Positions 50,974 to 61,797 of a stretch of DNA of 64,000 nucleotides are shown piece after piece (the stretch's first letter is position 1; each line of letters begins with the position of its first letter). The stretch comes from Treponemataceae bacterium (GTDB lineage Bacteria; Spirochaetota; Spirochaetia; Treponematales; Rectinemataceae). The stretch spans positions 192,001-256,000 of the forward strand of contig CAXXVZ010000003.1 of assembly GCA_963678065.2 (NCBI GenBank). Reading direction: 5' to 3'. The position numbers were made by a program, and so were the translations under genes. Below the pieces are notes generated by a model, which saw nothing but the letters and a program-made list of their open reading frames with translations, did no database searches and was not told the DNA's origin.

Positions 50974-52191
50974 CTGAAATCCACACTTCTGCACGACTGG
51001 CATCTGGCCCACGGGGCCACGATGGCACCCTTCGCGGGCTTTGACATGCCCATACGCTACCCGAAAGGCTCCGTCGAGGAGCACCTCATTACGCGCCGCT
51101 CGGTCGGACTCTTCGACATCGACCACATGGGTCAGCTCGAAGTATCCGGTCCCGGCGCCGACGAGTTCGTCGACGCCACGGTGAGTTCGAAAATCTCCGA
51201 CATGGTCCCCGGCGAGGCCCGCTACTCCCTTCTTCTCGACGAATCCGGCCTCGTCCTCGACGACCTCTTCGTCTACCGCCTTCCCTTCTCCTGGTGGATC
51301 GTCGTCAACGCCGGCAACCGCGACGCCGACTTCGCCTGGTTCAAATCCCGCGCCCCGCGGGGAGTCTCTGTCGTCGACCACTCGGACGCAGCCTACATGA
51401 TCGCGGTCCAGGGGCCGCGCGCGCTGGAACTTTTGGACGCGGTGGCGAAGCCCTGCACCGCCTCCGTCATCCCCGGCGCGATCATAGCCCGCAGCGCCAG
51501 CGGAGCTGGTGAGGTCAGCGGAGCTGGCGGCACCAACGAGGTTGGTGAAGTCAGCGCCATGAAGGCCGTCTCCTCCATCGCCCGCTTCTGGTGGGCCAAC
51601 ATCGAGATCGAGGGCGTCCCCATCCTCTTCGGCCGCACAGGCTACACGGGCGAGGACGGCGGTGAACTCTTCTATCCCGCCGTCCAGGCTGTAAAGATTT
51701 GGGAACTCCTCCTCGATAAGGGCCGCGAACTCGGCATCGAGACCGAGGCCATCGGGCTTGGCGCGCGCGATTCCCTGCGCTTCGAGGCCGGAATGCCGCT
51801 CCACGGCCACGAGATCAGCCCGTCGATCAACCCGATCGAGGCCGGCTTCAAGTGGGCCTGCGACTTCACGAAAGACTTCACCGGCAAGTCCGCCCTCGAG
51901 TCCATAGTCGCCTCGGGGCCGGGCCGCAAACTCGTCGGCCTCGACGTGACGGGCGGCGTCCCCCGCGAGGGCTACGAGGTCGCGACCGCCTCCGGCGAAA
52001 TCGTCGGCCAGGTCGTCGCGGGGATGTTCTGCCCCACGGTCAAGAAGTATGCCGCCAACGCCTTCGTCCGTCCCGAGTTCGCAAAAATCGGGACCGAGCT
52101 CGCCGTCATCATCCGCGGACAGGCCAAGAAGGCCGCGGTCGTCAAACGCCCCCTCTACCTTCCTGCCTATCGCAGGACAGGCGAAAAATAA
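50974..52191 (+). CDS. gcvT: Glycine cleavage system aminomethyltransferase T (probable CTG start)
   Basis: PFAGFDMPIRY, GLFDIDHMG, RTGYTGEDGGE, GLGARDSLRFEAG; SD AAGGAGG 6 nt before CTG. Confidence 0.95.
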   Translation: MKSTLLHDWHLAHGATMAPFAGFDMPIRYPKGSVEEHLITRRSVGLFDIDHMGQLEVSGPGADEFVDATVSSKISDMVPGEARYSLLLDESGLVLDDLFVYRLPFSWWIVVNAGNRDADFAWFKSRAPRGVSVVDHSDAAYMIAVQGPRALELLDAVAKPCTASVIPGAIIARSASGAGEVSGAGGTNEVGEVSAMKAVSSIARFWWANIEIEGVPILFGRTGYTGEDGGELFYPAVQAVKIWELLLDKGRELGIETEAIGLGARDSLRFEAGMPLHGHEISPSINPIEAGFKWACDFTKDFTGKSALESIVASGPGRKLVGLDVTGGVPREGYEVATASGEIVGQVVAGMFCPTVKKYAANAFVRPEFAKIGTELAVIIRGQAKKAAVVKRPLYLPAYRRTGEK

Positions 52192-52212
52192 ACGACACAC
52201 AAGGAGAACACA

Positions 52213-52587
52213 ATGAACGCGAATATCCGCTACCAGAGCTCGCACGAATACGCCCGAAAAGAGGGCTCGGAAATTGTCGCCGGTATCTCCGAACATGCCC
52301 AGGCCGAGCTCGGGGACATCGTCTTCGTCGAGCTGCCCCCGGTCGGCAAGACTATCGCGAAGGGCGAGACCTTCGGCGTCGTCGAGTCAGTCAAGGCCGC
52401 CTCCGATCTCTATATGCCGATGTCCGGCACCGTCACCGCGGTCAACGCCGATCTCGAGGGAGATCCTGCCCTCGTCAATAAGGACTGCATGGGCTCTGGC
52501 TGGATGATCCGCTTTGCCCCGACGAATCCCTCCGAGTGGGAAAGCCTCCTCGACGAAGCCACCTACGAGTCTCAGGCCTCCGCATAA
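52213..52587 (+). CDS. gcvH: Glycine cleavage system H protein
   Basis: LGDIVFVELP, VESVKAASD (lipoyl-Lys). Confidence 0.97.
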   Translation: MNANIRYQSSHEYARKEGSEIVAGISEHAQAELGDIVFVELPPVGKTIAKGETFGVVESVKAASDLYMPMSGTVTAVNADLEGDPALVNKDCMGSGWMIRFAPTNPSEWESLLDEATYESQASA

Positions 52588-52605
52588 GCCGGCAAGGAGT
52601 ACGAC

Positions 52606-54009
52606 GTGCCCTTCATCGCCAATTCTGATGCCGACCGCGAGGCCATGCTCGCCGCGATCGGCCTCGGCTCGATCGACGAACTCTTCGCCGACATCCCCGC
52701 CTCGCGCCGCTTCCCCGAACTCGCGCTGCCGAAAGGTCTCTCCGAACTCGAGGTTCTGCGCGAGATCGAGATCCTCTCGTCCAAAAACCTCACTTCCGGT
52801 TGCTCAGCCTGGTTCCTCGGCGCCGGAGCCTACAACCACTTTATCCCCGCTCTCGTGCCGGCCCTCGCGAGCCGCGGCGAGTTCCTCACGGCCTACACTC
52901 CCTACCAGCCCGAAGTCTCGCAGGGCACTCTGCAGGCCATCTTCGAGTACCAGAGCATGGCCGCGAAGCTCTTCGGGGTCGACGTCGTCAACGCCTCCCA
53001 CTACGACGGGGCGACAGCTCTCGCCGAGGCCGTCCTCATGGCCTGGAAGAACGCCTCGGGACGCAACCTCGTTCTCGTGAGCGCCGACCTCCACCCCGAA
53101 TATCGCGCCGTCCTCGATACGTATTTCCAGGCCTTCCCCGTGCGCTTCCTCACGTACGAAGGAAGCCCTGCCGCGGCCATGGCCGGTCTCGACGAATCGA
53201 CGAAGTCAGAGGCCTCGGAGTCGATTTCGTCGACAGTCTGCGCCCTCGTCGCGAGCTACCCCGGCTTTTCGGGCCAGATTCCCGACATGGCAGCCGCCGC
53301 CGAGGCTGTCCACGCCGCGGGAGCCCTCTTCATCGTCCAGACCGACCCACTGATGTGCGCCATCCTGAAGAGCCCCGGCGAACTCGGCGCCGACATTGTC
53401 ACGGCCGAGGGCCAGAGCCTCGGCAACGCTATGAGCTACGGCGGTCCCTTCCTCGGCATGATGGGAGCCACTTCCAAACTCGTGCGCAAGATGCCCGGCC
53501 GCATCGTCGGCGAGGCGAAGGACCACTCGGGCCGCCGCGGCTTCGTTCTCACTCTCACCGCGCGCGAGCAGCACATCAGGCGCGAGAAGGCCGTCTCCAA
53601 CATCTGCTCCAACCAGGGCCTCGTGATGCTCCAGACTTGCATCCACCTCGCCGCCATGGGCAAGACGGGCCTCGCGGCCGCAGCCAGACTCTGCTGGAAC
53701 AAGGCCCACTACGCGGCCAGTCTCATCGCCGTCATTCCCGGCTTCTCGCTCGCGACGAAGGATTTCTTCAAGGAGTTCACGGTCCGTTGTCCCACACCTG
53801 CGGCCGCTCTCGCCGAAAAACTCACGGACCAGGGCATAGTCCCCGGGCTCCCCGTAAGCCGCTATTATCCCGACAGGCCGAACGACCTCGTGGTCTGCGT
53901 GACCGAGATGAACACCCGCGCCGAGATCGAGCGCCTGGCCGACGCACTCGCCGCCGTTTCCGGCGCCGCTGGTACCGCCGCCGCTTCTCCGCAGGAGGCC
54001 CGCCCATGA
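52606..54009 (+). CDS. gcvPA: Glycine dehydrogenase subunit 1
   Basis: FLTAYTPYQPEVSQG, REQHIRREKA.SNICSNQ. Confidence 0.97.
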   Translation: MPFIANSDADREAMLAAIGLGSIDELFADIPASRRFPELALPKGLSELEVLREIEILSSKNLTSGCSAWFLGAGAYNHFIPALVPALASRGEFLTAYTPYQPEVSQGTLQAIFEYQSMAAKLFGVDVVNASHYDGATALAEAVLMAWKNASGRNLVLVSADLHPEYRAVLDTYFQAFPVRFLTYEGSPAAAMAGLDESTKSEASESISSTVCALVASYPGFSGQIPDMAAAAEAVHAAGALFIVQTDPLMCAILKSPGELGADIVTAEGQSLGNAMSYGGPFLGMMGATSKLVRKMPGRIVGEAKDHSGRRGFVLTLTAREQHIRREKAVSNICSNQGLVMLQTCIHLAAMGKTGLAAAARLCWNKAHYAASLIAVIPGFSLATKDFFKEFTVRCPTPAAALAEKLTDQGIVPGLPVSRYYPDRPNDLVVCVTEMNTRAEIERLADALAAVSGAAGTAAASPQEARP

Positions 54010-55442
54010 ACCTCGCACCCGAAGCCCTTGTATACGAACTTTCGAGCTCAGGTCGCGTAGCCTGCGCCATGCCGCACTGCGACGTCCCCGAGACGCCCAT
54101 CCCCGCGAATCTCGCCCGCGAAGAACTTCCCCTCCCAGAACTGGACGAGCTTACGGTGGTCAGGCACTTCACGCGTCTTTCCCAAAAGAATTACTCCATC
54201 GACACTCACTTCTACCCCTTGGGCTCCTGCACGATGAAATACAACCCCAAGGCCAACGAGTACGCGGCGGGCCTCCCCGGTTTCCGCCACATCCACCCAC
54301 TCGCTCCGGAATCCCAGTGCCAGGGCGCCATCGGCCTCATCTGCAGGCTCCAGGAGTCCCTCGCCGAGATCGGCGGCTTCGCCGGCTGCAGCCTCCAGCC
54401 CGCCGCCGGAGCCCACGGGGAACTCGCCGGCGTCCTCATCATCCGCGCCTACCACCTCGCGCGCGGCGACGCCAAGCGCAACGTCATCCTCATCCCGGAC
54501 TCGGCCCACGGTACAAACCCCGCCTCCTGCACGATGGCCGGCCTCATCGCGAAGACGATTCCCTCCAACGCGGAAGGGGAGGTCGACCTCGAAGCCCTGA
54601 AAGCGTCGCTCGATGACACCGTCGCGGGCATCATGATCACGAACCCGAACACCCTCGGCATCTTCGACCGCAACATCGAAAAGATCGCGGATCTCGTGCA
54701 CGCCTCAGGCGGTCTCGTCTACGGCGATGGCGCCAACATGAACGCCCTCACGGGCATCTTCAAGCCCGGCGAAGCCGGCATCGACGTGATGCATTTCAAT
54801 CTGCACAAAACCTTCTCGACGCCCCACGGCGGCGGAGGCCCCGGCGCGGGCTTTGTGGGCGTGCGCTCCGACCTCGTGCGATTCCTCCCCGGCCCGATCG
54901 CGTCGCGCAAGGCCGACGGAAACTACGCGATGGTCATGCCGGAATCGAGCATCGGCCGCATGAAATCCTTCTACGGCAACTTCGGCGTCCTCGTGCGCGC
55001 CTACACCTACGTGAAAATGCTCGGCTCCGACGGCCTCCGACGCCTGGCCGAAAACGCGGTCCTGAACGCGAACTACATCAAGGCCCGCCTCTCGGGCGTC
55101 TACCCCGAGCCCTACAAGCGCACCTGCATGCACGAGTTCGTCACGGCCGGCAACCTCGCTCCGGGCATCCACACCCTGGACATCGCCAAACGCCTCATCG
55201 ACTACGGCTTCCACCCGCCCACCATCTACTTCCCCCTCATCGTGGGCGAAGCCATCATGATCGAGCCGACCGAGACCGAATCCAAAGCCACCCTCGACTC
55301 CTTCATCGACGCGATGCTCTCCATCGCCGCCGAGGCCACCACCAACCCAGCCCTCCTCCACGACGCCCCCGCGACCACCCCCGTCGGCCGCATGGACGAA
55401 GTCGCCGCCGCCCGCAACCCGGTGTTGTGTTATAAGGGCTGA
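54006..55442 (+). CDS. gcvPB: Glycine dehydrogenase subunit 2
   Basis: YPLGSCTMKYNP, QPAAGAHGE, SAHGTNPAS, HFNLHKTFSTPHGGGGPG; ATGA overlap with gcvPA. Confidence 0.97.
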   Translation: MNLAPEALVYELSSSGRVACAMPHCDVPETPIPANLAREELPLPELDELTVVRHFTRLSQKNYSIDTHFYPLGSCTMKYNPKANEYAAGLPGFRHIHPLAPESQCQGAIGLICRLQESLAEIGGFAGCSLQPAAGAHGELAGVLIIRAYHLARGDAKRNVILIPDSAHGTNPASCTMAGLIAKTIPSNAEGEVDLEALKASLDDTVAGIMITNPNTLGIFDRNIEKIADLVHASGGLVYGDGANMNALTGIFKPGEAGIDVMHFNLHKTFSTPHGGGGPGAGFVGVRSDLVRFLPGPIASRKADGNYAMVMPESSIGRMKSFYGNFGVLVRAYTYVKMLGSDGLRRLAENAVLNANYIKARLSGVYPEPYKRTCMHEFVTAGNLAPGIHTLDIAKRLIDYGFHPPTIYFPLIVGEAIMIEPTETESKATLDSFIDAMLSIAAEATTNPALLHDAPATTPVGRMDEVAAARNPVLCYKG

Positions 55443-55479
55443 AAACTTTTACCTGGTTTTTCATTACATGCGAAGCGCA

Positions 55480-55519
55480 AAGAGCTACCCCTCCGAAGAG
55501 GAAGGGGTAGCTCTTTTTT
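55480..55519 (+). terminator. Rho-independent terminator of the gcv operon
   Basis: AAGAGCTACCCCT...AGGGGTAGCTCTT followed by a T run. Confidence 0.9.
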
Positions 55520-55981
55520 CTGTGATATCAGAGCTTCGTTGGGGTCTGCATATTTCCATTCCTACCCTGGTCGCAGAAGCTCCGCAGAGGTGGTTTTCAT
55601 ATCCGACCCCGCCTCGGCGAATACTGAAGGTGAATTCTCCCATTCGGATTGTATGAGGTCAAGATCATCCCGCAACATAGGTTCAGGTAATACTGAAATG
55701 AATATTTTTATACGAAATTTGACATTTTATTGCAGTTTTCGCTTGAAGCAAGAAAAATCTCATGCTAACATCGTTCAATAGTTGAACGATGTTAGCATCC
55801 CATACGGGAGCGCGTTTCGGCCGCCTCGTATGGAAAGAAAAATGTATCAAGGATGGGATTGGCGTCAGGTCCAGAATGCACCTGAAATTTATTCGGGCCA
55901 AGTCACAATTAGTGTGACGAACGCCGAACAAGTTCGCATCTTGCATTCTCGGGCTGAGTCATAGTATAGTGGACCCATTAT

Positions 55982-56887
55982 TCAAGACGCCATTTTCTCA
56001 GAATAGACTTGATGAGCATCGACGATGCTGCGTAACCCAGCACCATAGACAGAGTCGGGTGTTTTCCCGAAAAGAGATTGGTGCGGTCTGAAAGAATTGT
56101 ACTTCACGATGTAGTCGTTGATTCTCGATCTGCATTCGTTCACATCGGCATACTCCATGAGGTAAATTTCCTCATACTTCAGGCTACGCCAGAACCTCTC
56201 GATCATGATGTTGTCCAAAGCCCGCTTTTTACCGTCAGTGCTTATCCTGATCCCGGCATCCGAAAGTTTCTGAGTGAAAGCGGGACTGGTGAATTGCGAT
56301 CCTTGATCGGAGTTGAAAATTGCCGGTGCCCCATACCGGTTCAGTGCATGATCAAGTGCCGACAGACAGAATAGTTTGTCCATCGTGATTGAGAGTTCCC
56401 AGGACAGGATCTTTCGCGAATACCAGTCCATAATCGCGACAAGATATGCAAATCCATGCTTGAGACGAATATAGGTGATATCGGTACACCACACCTGATT
56501 TGCATGCACTATTTCCATTCCAACCAATAAATACGGATGGATTCCCGCTTCAGGATTCGGTCGGGACGTAGTTCCCTTCGGATAGAGTGCCTGGATACCC
56601 ATGAGGCGCATAAGCCGTTGTATTCGTTTGCGATTCACGTCATGACCTTCCTCGCGTAGTCTGTCCCGCATCTTCCGGGATCCCCATGCGGGATTGTCGG
56701 TATACAGTTCGTCTATTCGACGCATGTACATCAGATTTTCTTCCGTTTCTCCTTGTGCACCATAGTAATATGTCGATCGATGAAGCTCGACCAAGGCGCA
56801 TTGCTCAGTGATACTCAACTCAGTGTGCGCCATGATCAGGGCTCTTCGTTCGGTAATCGGGAGATCCTGAGACTTTTTTTTAACCAA
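55982..56887 (-). CDS. IS3 transposase OrfB (DDE integrase core)
   Basis: WCTDITY, NSDQGSQF, DNIMIERFWRSLKYE. Confidence 0.93.
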   Translation of the reverse strand: MVKKKSQDLPITERRALIMAHTELSITEQCALVELHRSTYYYGAQGETEENLMYMRRIDELYTDNPAWGSRKMRDRLREEGHDVNRKRIQRLMRLMGIQALYPKGTTSRPNPEAGIHPYLLVGMEIVHANQVWCTDITYIRLKHGFAYLVAIMDWYSRKILSWELSITMDKLFCLSALDHALNRYGAPAIFNSDQGSQFTSPAFTQKLSDAGIRISTDGKKRALDNIMIERFWRSLKYEEIYLMEYADVNECRSRINDYIVKYNSFRPHQSLFGKTPDSVYGAGLRSIVDAHQVYSEKMAS

Positions 56888-57144
56888 TCAATCTGTACTT
56901 TCTGGTGCCCAACCGTTTTGTAGAGCTCTTCTCGTTCTTCTTCTATCCGTTTGGCATCACGTTCTGCTACACTGGCGAACACGTCGGTCCCATGCTCGAG
57001 CAATTGCCGTTTCCATTCGCTTATCTGCTGGGGATGCACTCCATACTCCGTTGCGAGTTCACTGATCTGCTTCTGCCCTTTTATCGCTTCAACTGCGATC
57101 GTGAACGTGAGTTGGGCAGTTCTCCGGATGCGATGTTCTCCCAT
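56836..57144 (-). CDS. IS3 transposase OrfA (HTH)
   Basis: ELATEYGVHPQQISEWKRQ; ends ...IDWLKKS at the frameshift window. Confidence 0.88.
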   Translation of the reverse strand: MGEHRIRRTAQLTFTIAVEAIKGQKQISELATEYGVHPQQISEWKRQLLEHGTDVFASVAERDAKRIEEEREELYKTVGHQKVQIDWLKKSLRISRLPNEEP

Positions 57145-57255
57145 GATTCCCCCCGTTCATCATTGAACAGCAACTTTCCTCTGCTGTCCAGTTTTCGGGG
57201 TCCACCATAGACCGCCACCTTTGGTGGCGGTCTATGACTCCTATTTCCCCTCATA

Positions 57256-58478
57256 CTAGTACTCCGTCACATTTAAATTTATAATATAACCTCAAGGTGT
57301 GGTGTACTCTTTCTAAGGGGTATAGCCATGCCAGTCATCAAATATCGAGTGGTTCTGACCGATGCAGAGAGAAAGAAACTCATCACCATAACTTCAAAGG
57401 GTTCATCTACCGCCAAAATGATCATGCATGCACAAGTCCTACTGTCCGCTGATGAAAGCGGCGGCAGGAAGCTCAGTGAAAAGGAAATAGCCAGTCGCCT
57501 TTCGGTCAACTTCCAAACGGTCCATAGCATCCGTAAAACCTATGCTCTCTCAGGCTTGGATGCTGCTCTTGGAAGGAAGAAACGCTCGACTCCTCCAATC
57601 ACTCCCAAGATTACCGGGGATGTTGAAGCCAAAATCATTGCCCTGAGTTGCAGTTCGCCGCCAGAAGGCAGAAGTCGGTGGACGTTACGACTTTTGGCCG
57701 ATAGAGCTCATCGAGCTTCAGATCGTCGAGAGCATTTCCCATGAAACCATTCATAGAACGTTAAAAAAAACGAATTGAAGCCGCATCTGCGTACATGCTG
57801 GGTCATCCCGCCCCAGCAGAACGCAGCATTCGTCGCCTGTATGGAGGATGTACTGGAAGTATATCAACAGCCCTACAATCCTGAGTTTCCCCTCATCTGC
57901 ATGGACGAGAAGCCCTACCAACTTCTTGACGAGACGCGCGAGTCAATTCCCATGAAGAAGGGAACCAGCGCACGACAGGACGGCGAATATATCCGGAATG
58001 GGACCTGCTGCATCTTTTTGTTCACGGAACCCCTGACTGGCTGGCGACATACCAATCCACGGGAACACAGAACCAAAGTCGAGTGGGCGAATCAAATCCG
58101 ACATCTGCTTGAAGTTGAATACTCCGAATGCAAGAAAGTGCGGCTGGTCATGGACAATCTGAATACTCATTCGGTGTCATCGCTCTATGAGGCGTTTTCT
58201 CCTAAGATCGCGCGGAACTTGGCCAGACGGCTTGAGATTCACTTCACTTCCAAGCATGGAAGTTGGCTGAATAGTGCAGAAATTGAATTAAGCGCGGTGA
58301 GCAAACGGTGCTTGGATCGAAGGATCGATACCATTGGTACGTTGGCTGCGGAACTTCTGGCTTGGGAAACACATCGCAATACTTTGCAGAAGGGCGTCGA
58401 CTGGCAGTTTACTACTCAGGATGCCCGGATCAAGCTCAAGAGACTTTATCCACAGATTAAGATGTGACAAAGTACTAG
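57256..58478 (+). mobile_element. IS630 family insertion sequence; transposase probably inactivated
   Basis: IRs CTAGTACTCCGTCACAT / ATGTGACAAAGTACTAG. OrfA 57328-57744 (RWTLRLLAD), OrfB 57775-58467 (MDEK, MDNLNTH, SWLN.AEIE). A8C slippery site 57763-57771, plus an extra +1 shift near 57706. Confidence 0.9.
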
Positions 58479-58699
58479 AGTGCGAATAGGTAACTATCCT
58501 CATGGTCTCATTGGCTGCAAATTTAGCAAAACTATAAGATGGAACATACTTTTCTTCTTGAATATTTCGTTCTCGAGGTCATGACCTGTTCAGCAGTTAC
58601 TAAATCTTTCATTAGTATGACAACGTGAGTTACAATATTACCCAATGAATACAAGGTAAATTCATAAGTCATGTTGTGCTAAATACGAAAGAATTAGTA

Positions 58700-58962
58700 A
58701 TATCCTGGATGTTCAGCCCAATTCTGCTGCATTGTTCTACCGCAACATACGTCAAATTATAGCTTTTCACCTTGCCCAAGAAGCAGCTGAAGTATTCAAT
58801 GGTGAAGTAGAAATTGATGAGAGCTACTTCGACGGTATTCGTAAAGTCAAATGGGGTCGAGGTGCAGCGGGAAAAGTTGTCGTATTCGGCATGCTAAAAC
58901 GGCATGGTAAGGTTTTGACGGTCGTTGTGGATAATACCAAGACAAAGACCTTAATGAATTAA
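58700..58962 (+). pseudogene. IS1595 family transposase remnant
   Basis: GEVEIDESYF.G.RK...GRGAAGK.VVFG motif; stops prematurely. Confidence 0.8.
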
Positions 58963-59014
58963 ATTATGGAACACCTAAAGAGCAATTAAAATACCATTAT
59001 CAATAGGATTATAT

Positions 59015-60301
59015 GTGAGAATAATAGATTCATTTATACGTAAACAAAAAGGTTTGTCACCTGATAGCAAGTCTGTACTCACCTTAGTTGGAGGTACAAC
59101 TATTGCTCAAGTATTAAATTTCCTTTTTGCTCCTGTAACCACTAGATTATTTACCCCAGAGGTTTTTGGAGATTTATCTGTCTTCACATCTATTACAGGT
59201 ATTGTCGGAATAATCGTTTGCTTGAGGTATGAACTTGCAATTATCCTACCTCAAGATGATGATGAAGGATTTTCTCTTTTAAAACTTTCTTTTATTTTTG
59301 CTGCGATAGTATCTATAGCGACTGGTTTCATTTTTCTTTTTTGGGGTAAAGCTATCTATACAGCATTCGGAGCAAAAAACTTAACAATATATTGGTATTA
59401 TGTACCGATAATCCTATTCCTGATAGGAGTTATTCAAGCATCGAATTACTGGTTGACGCGTACACGGCAATTTATAATACTTTCATGGAACAAAGTTATC
59501 CCTGTACTTGTTATCAATACAGTATCTTTAGGCCTTGGTTTTGCTGGTTATAGAGATGTTGGAGCCCGGATTTTTGCGATTTTGATTAGTAATATTGCTA
59601 ATATTGTGGTTATTGCTAAAGCAATTATTCCAAATTTTAAATATAATAACCATTCTACAAAATATCCCCGTAAAGAATTAATAAAAAGTTATAAAAATTT
59701 TTTAGTTTATGACATTTGGGGAGCGCTTCTTAATAATCTTTCGTGGATGATAATTCCTATACTTATGAATACTTATTATGGGAGAAATGCTGCTGGGCAG
59801 TATTCGATCAGTTTGCGAATAATCCAAATACCGGCTAGTATAATTGGAGTGTCAATATCACAAGTATTTTTAAAAACAGCAAATGAAGAGAAGTATAATA
59901 AAAAGTTATATTTTTACTGTATAAAAATGTCTAAAAAATTATGTATATACACAGCACCAATTGCGATAATATTACTTATTTTAAGTAAGCCTCTTTTTCT
60001 TTTTCTTTTTGGTGAAAATTGGGGCGTTGCTGGAAGGTATACACAAATTTTGGTACCTTGGTCATTACTTTGGTTTATTGCGAGTCCTCTTTCTAGTGTA
60101 TATACAATTTGTCAGAAACAAAATTTATTTTTATTCATTTCGATATTAAATCTTTTAACAAGGCTTTTATCTCTTTATGTTGGCAAAATGCTTGGTAATG
60201 ATATATTAGGAATAATTTTGTTTTCTGCATCTGGATTCATTGTTTATGGTATTAGTCTATTAATAATTTTTAATATAGCAAAAAGGAATGATAATACCTG
60301 A
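59015..60301 (+). CDS. wzx: Wzx-type oligosaccharide flippase; 3' end interrupted by IS1380
   Basis: TLVGGTTIAQ, TRLFTPEVFG, LRYELAI.LP, about 12 TM helices; very AT-rich. The stop codon lies inside the IS1380 left end. Confidence 0.88.
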   Translation: MRIIDSFIRKQKGLSPDSKSVLTLVGGTTIAQVLNFLFAPVTTRLFTPEVFGDLSVFTSITGIVGIIVCLRYELAIILPQDDDEGFSLLKLSFIFAAIVSIATGFIFLFWGKAIYTAFGAKNLTIYWYYVPIILFLIGVIQASNYWLTRTRQFIILSWNKVIPVLVINTVSLGLGFAGYRDVGARIFAILISNIANIVVIAKAIIPNFKYNNHSTKYPRKELIKSYKNFLVYDIWGALLNNLSWMIIPILMNTYYGRNAAGQYSISLRIIQIPASIIGVSISQVFLKTANEEKYNKKLYFYCIKMSKKLCIYTAPIAIILLILSKPLFLFLFGENWGVAGRYTQILVPWSLLWFIASPLSSVYTICQKQNLFLFISILNLLTRLLSLYVGKMLGNDILGIILFSASGFIVYGISLLIIFNIAKRNDNT

Positions 60302-61769
60302 ATCCGTACAGAAAAAAGGGAAACCAAAGATCAATTCCATGGTGTAGAATGAATTGGACAAACAACCATTCACACCCGGAGGATGATCTTGAGCTTCCTC
60401 ATCCAGTCTACCAAGGAACACATCGAAAGCGAGCTCGAGTATGTTCCAGTTCGCGAGACACTCCGCATCTATCTCGGCCGCATGGCAAAAAAGACAGCCG
60501 GTCTGATTACCTCGCTGTTCAACTGCAACGTGGCGCTGCTCAGGCTGGCAGACATCACGCCGCTCGATGTCGAGGGGCGGCGGTACATCCCGGTGGATGT
60601 CGATGCCTCGACGCTCGACAACGGAAAGTCACACAAGGAAGGCGTGGAACGGACCTACCTGGAGACGGATGGTTTCGCCCTATCTTCAGCTACATCGGCA
60701 CCGAGGGCTACCTGCTCGGCTGCGAACTCAGACCCGGTACCAGCACAGCCAGAAGGATACGCCCGAGTTTCTCGCGCGGAATCTCGAGATGATCAAGGAA
60801 CTGGGATTGCCGCATCCCATTCTGTTCCGGCTCGACAGCGGGAATGACGCCATCGACACCATCAGGAAGCTCGTCACACCGGGGGGGCTTCTTCTTGATC
60901 AAGCGGAATCTTCGCAGGGAATCTCTGGAACAGTGGCGCGAGATCGCCGAGACGCTCGGGGTGGCGCATCATCTGCGACCCGGGAAGAATGTCTACACGG
61001 GGACGATCACGAAGGTGCACCCCAAGACTGATCCCGAGATGCCGGACTTCGACGTTGCCTTCGAAGTCACCGTCCAGACTTCGGATCATCAGGGCAACGA
61101 GTTTCTCGTGCCGGAGGTAGAAGTCGAGATCTGGTGGACGAACCTCTTCGAGCCACCTGAGGTGATCATCGGGCTATATCACGACCACGGGACGAGCGAG
61201 CAGTTCCACAGCGAGCTCAAGAGCGACATGGGTGTGGAGCGGCTGCCGTCGGGTTCAATGAAGGTCAATGCGCTGATTCTCATGATCTCGATGCTCGCCT
61301 TCAACACGCTGCGGTTCATCGGGCAGCGGTCGCTCTCAAAGCCCGACCTTCTGCCGTCAAAGCCGGACGTTGCGTGCAAGCGGCTGAGGAAAGTGATCGC
61401 GGACCTTATCATGGTTGGCTGCAAGCTTGTCGCACATGGACGACGGCTGGCCCTTCGGATTTGGGAGTACAATCCCTGGCTGCCAGTCTTCAATGAGCTG
61501 TATGCCGAGTTCCTAAGGCTGTAGAACGCCGCGCCTTGTGCCAGCCCGCCGCCTCTCCTCGCGATGAAGTTGGCGAAGCCTACCCGGCGGATATATCAGG
61601 ATCCTCTTTGGAGGATTCTGTGGCTTCGGTGCCCTGCAACCATCTCGCTTCACGATTGAGAAACAACGAATCGGCCATCACATGTTGGAATTCCGGTGAC
61701 ATAGACGATCAGAGGGTCTAGTTTCAGCTCCAGAGAAGCTCTGTTCAGGTCATTTTATACGGATTAAGG
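60297..61769 (+). mobile_element. IS1380 family insertion sequence with a frameshifted transposase
   Basis: IRs CCTGAATCCGTA / TACGGATTAAGG with TAATA on both flanks. Transposase is split over three frames (VDVDASTLDN..S.KEGV..TY; FRLDSGND; YHDHGTSEQFHSELKSD). Confidence 0.9.
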
Positions 61770-61797
61770 TTAATATTTTGCTACTAGGGGTTAACGA

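Larger units (their letters stand above)
55965..57209 (-). mobile_element. IS3 family insertion sequence
   Basis: Terminal IRs TATAGTGGACCC / TATGGTGGACCC; overlapping orfA and orfB with an A8G slippery site near 56873-56881. Confidence 0.9.

Noticed and set aside
52800..54005. 880-aa ORF as an extended GcvPB
   Set aside because: The N-terminal 400 aa is an off-frame read of gcvPA; the real start is ATG 54006 with a GGAGG SD.
55762..55798. Integron attC site (TAAC...GTTA ends)
   Set aside because: Only 37 bp, a perfect palindrome without extrahelical bases, and no cassette array or integrase.
55468..55964. Short ORFs at the island edge
   Set aside because: No recognisable motifs or SD, and they overlap hairpins; probably non-coding or decayed.
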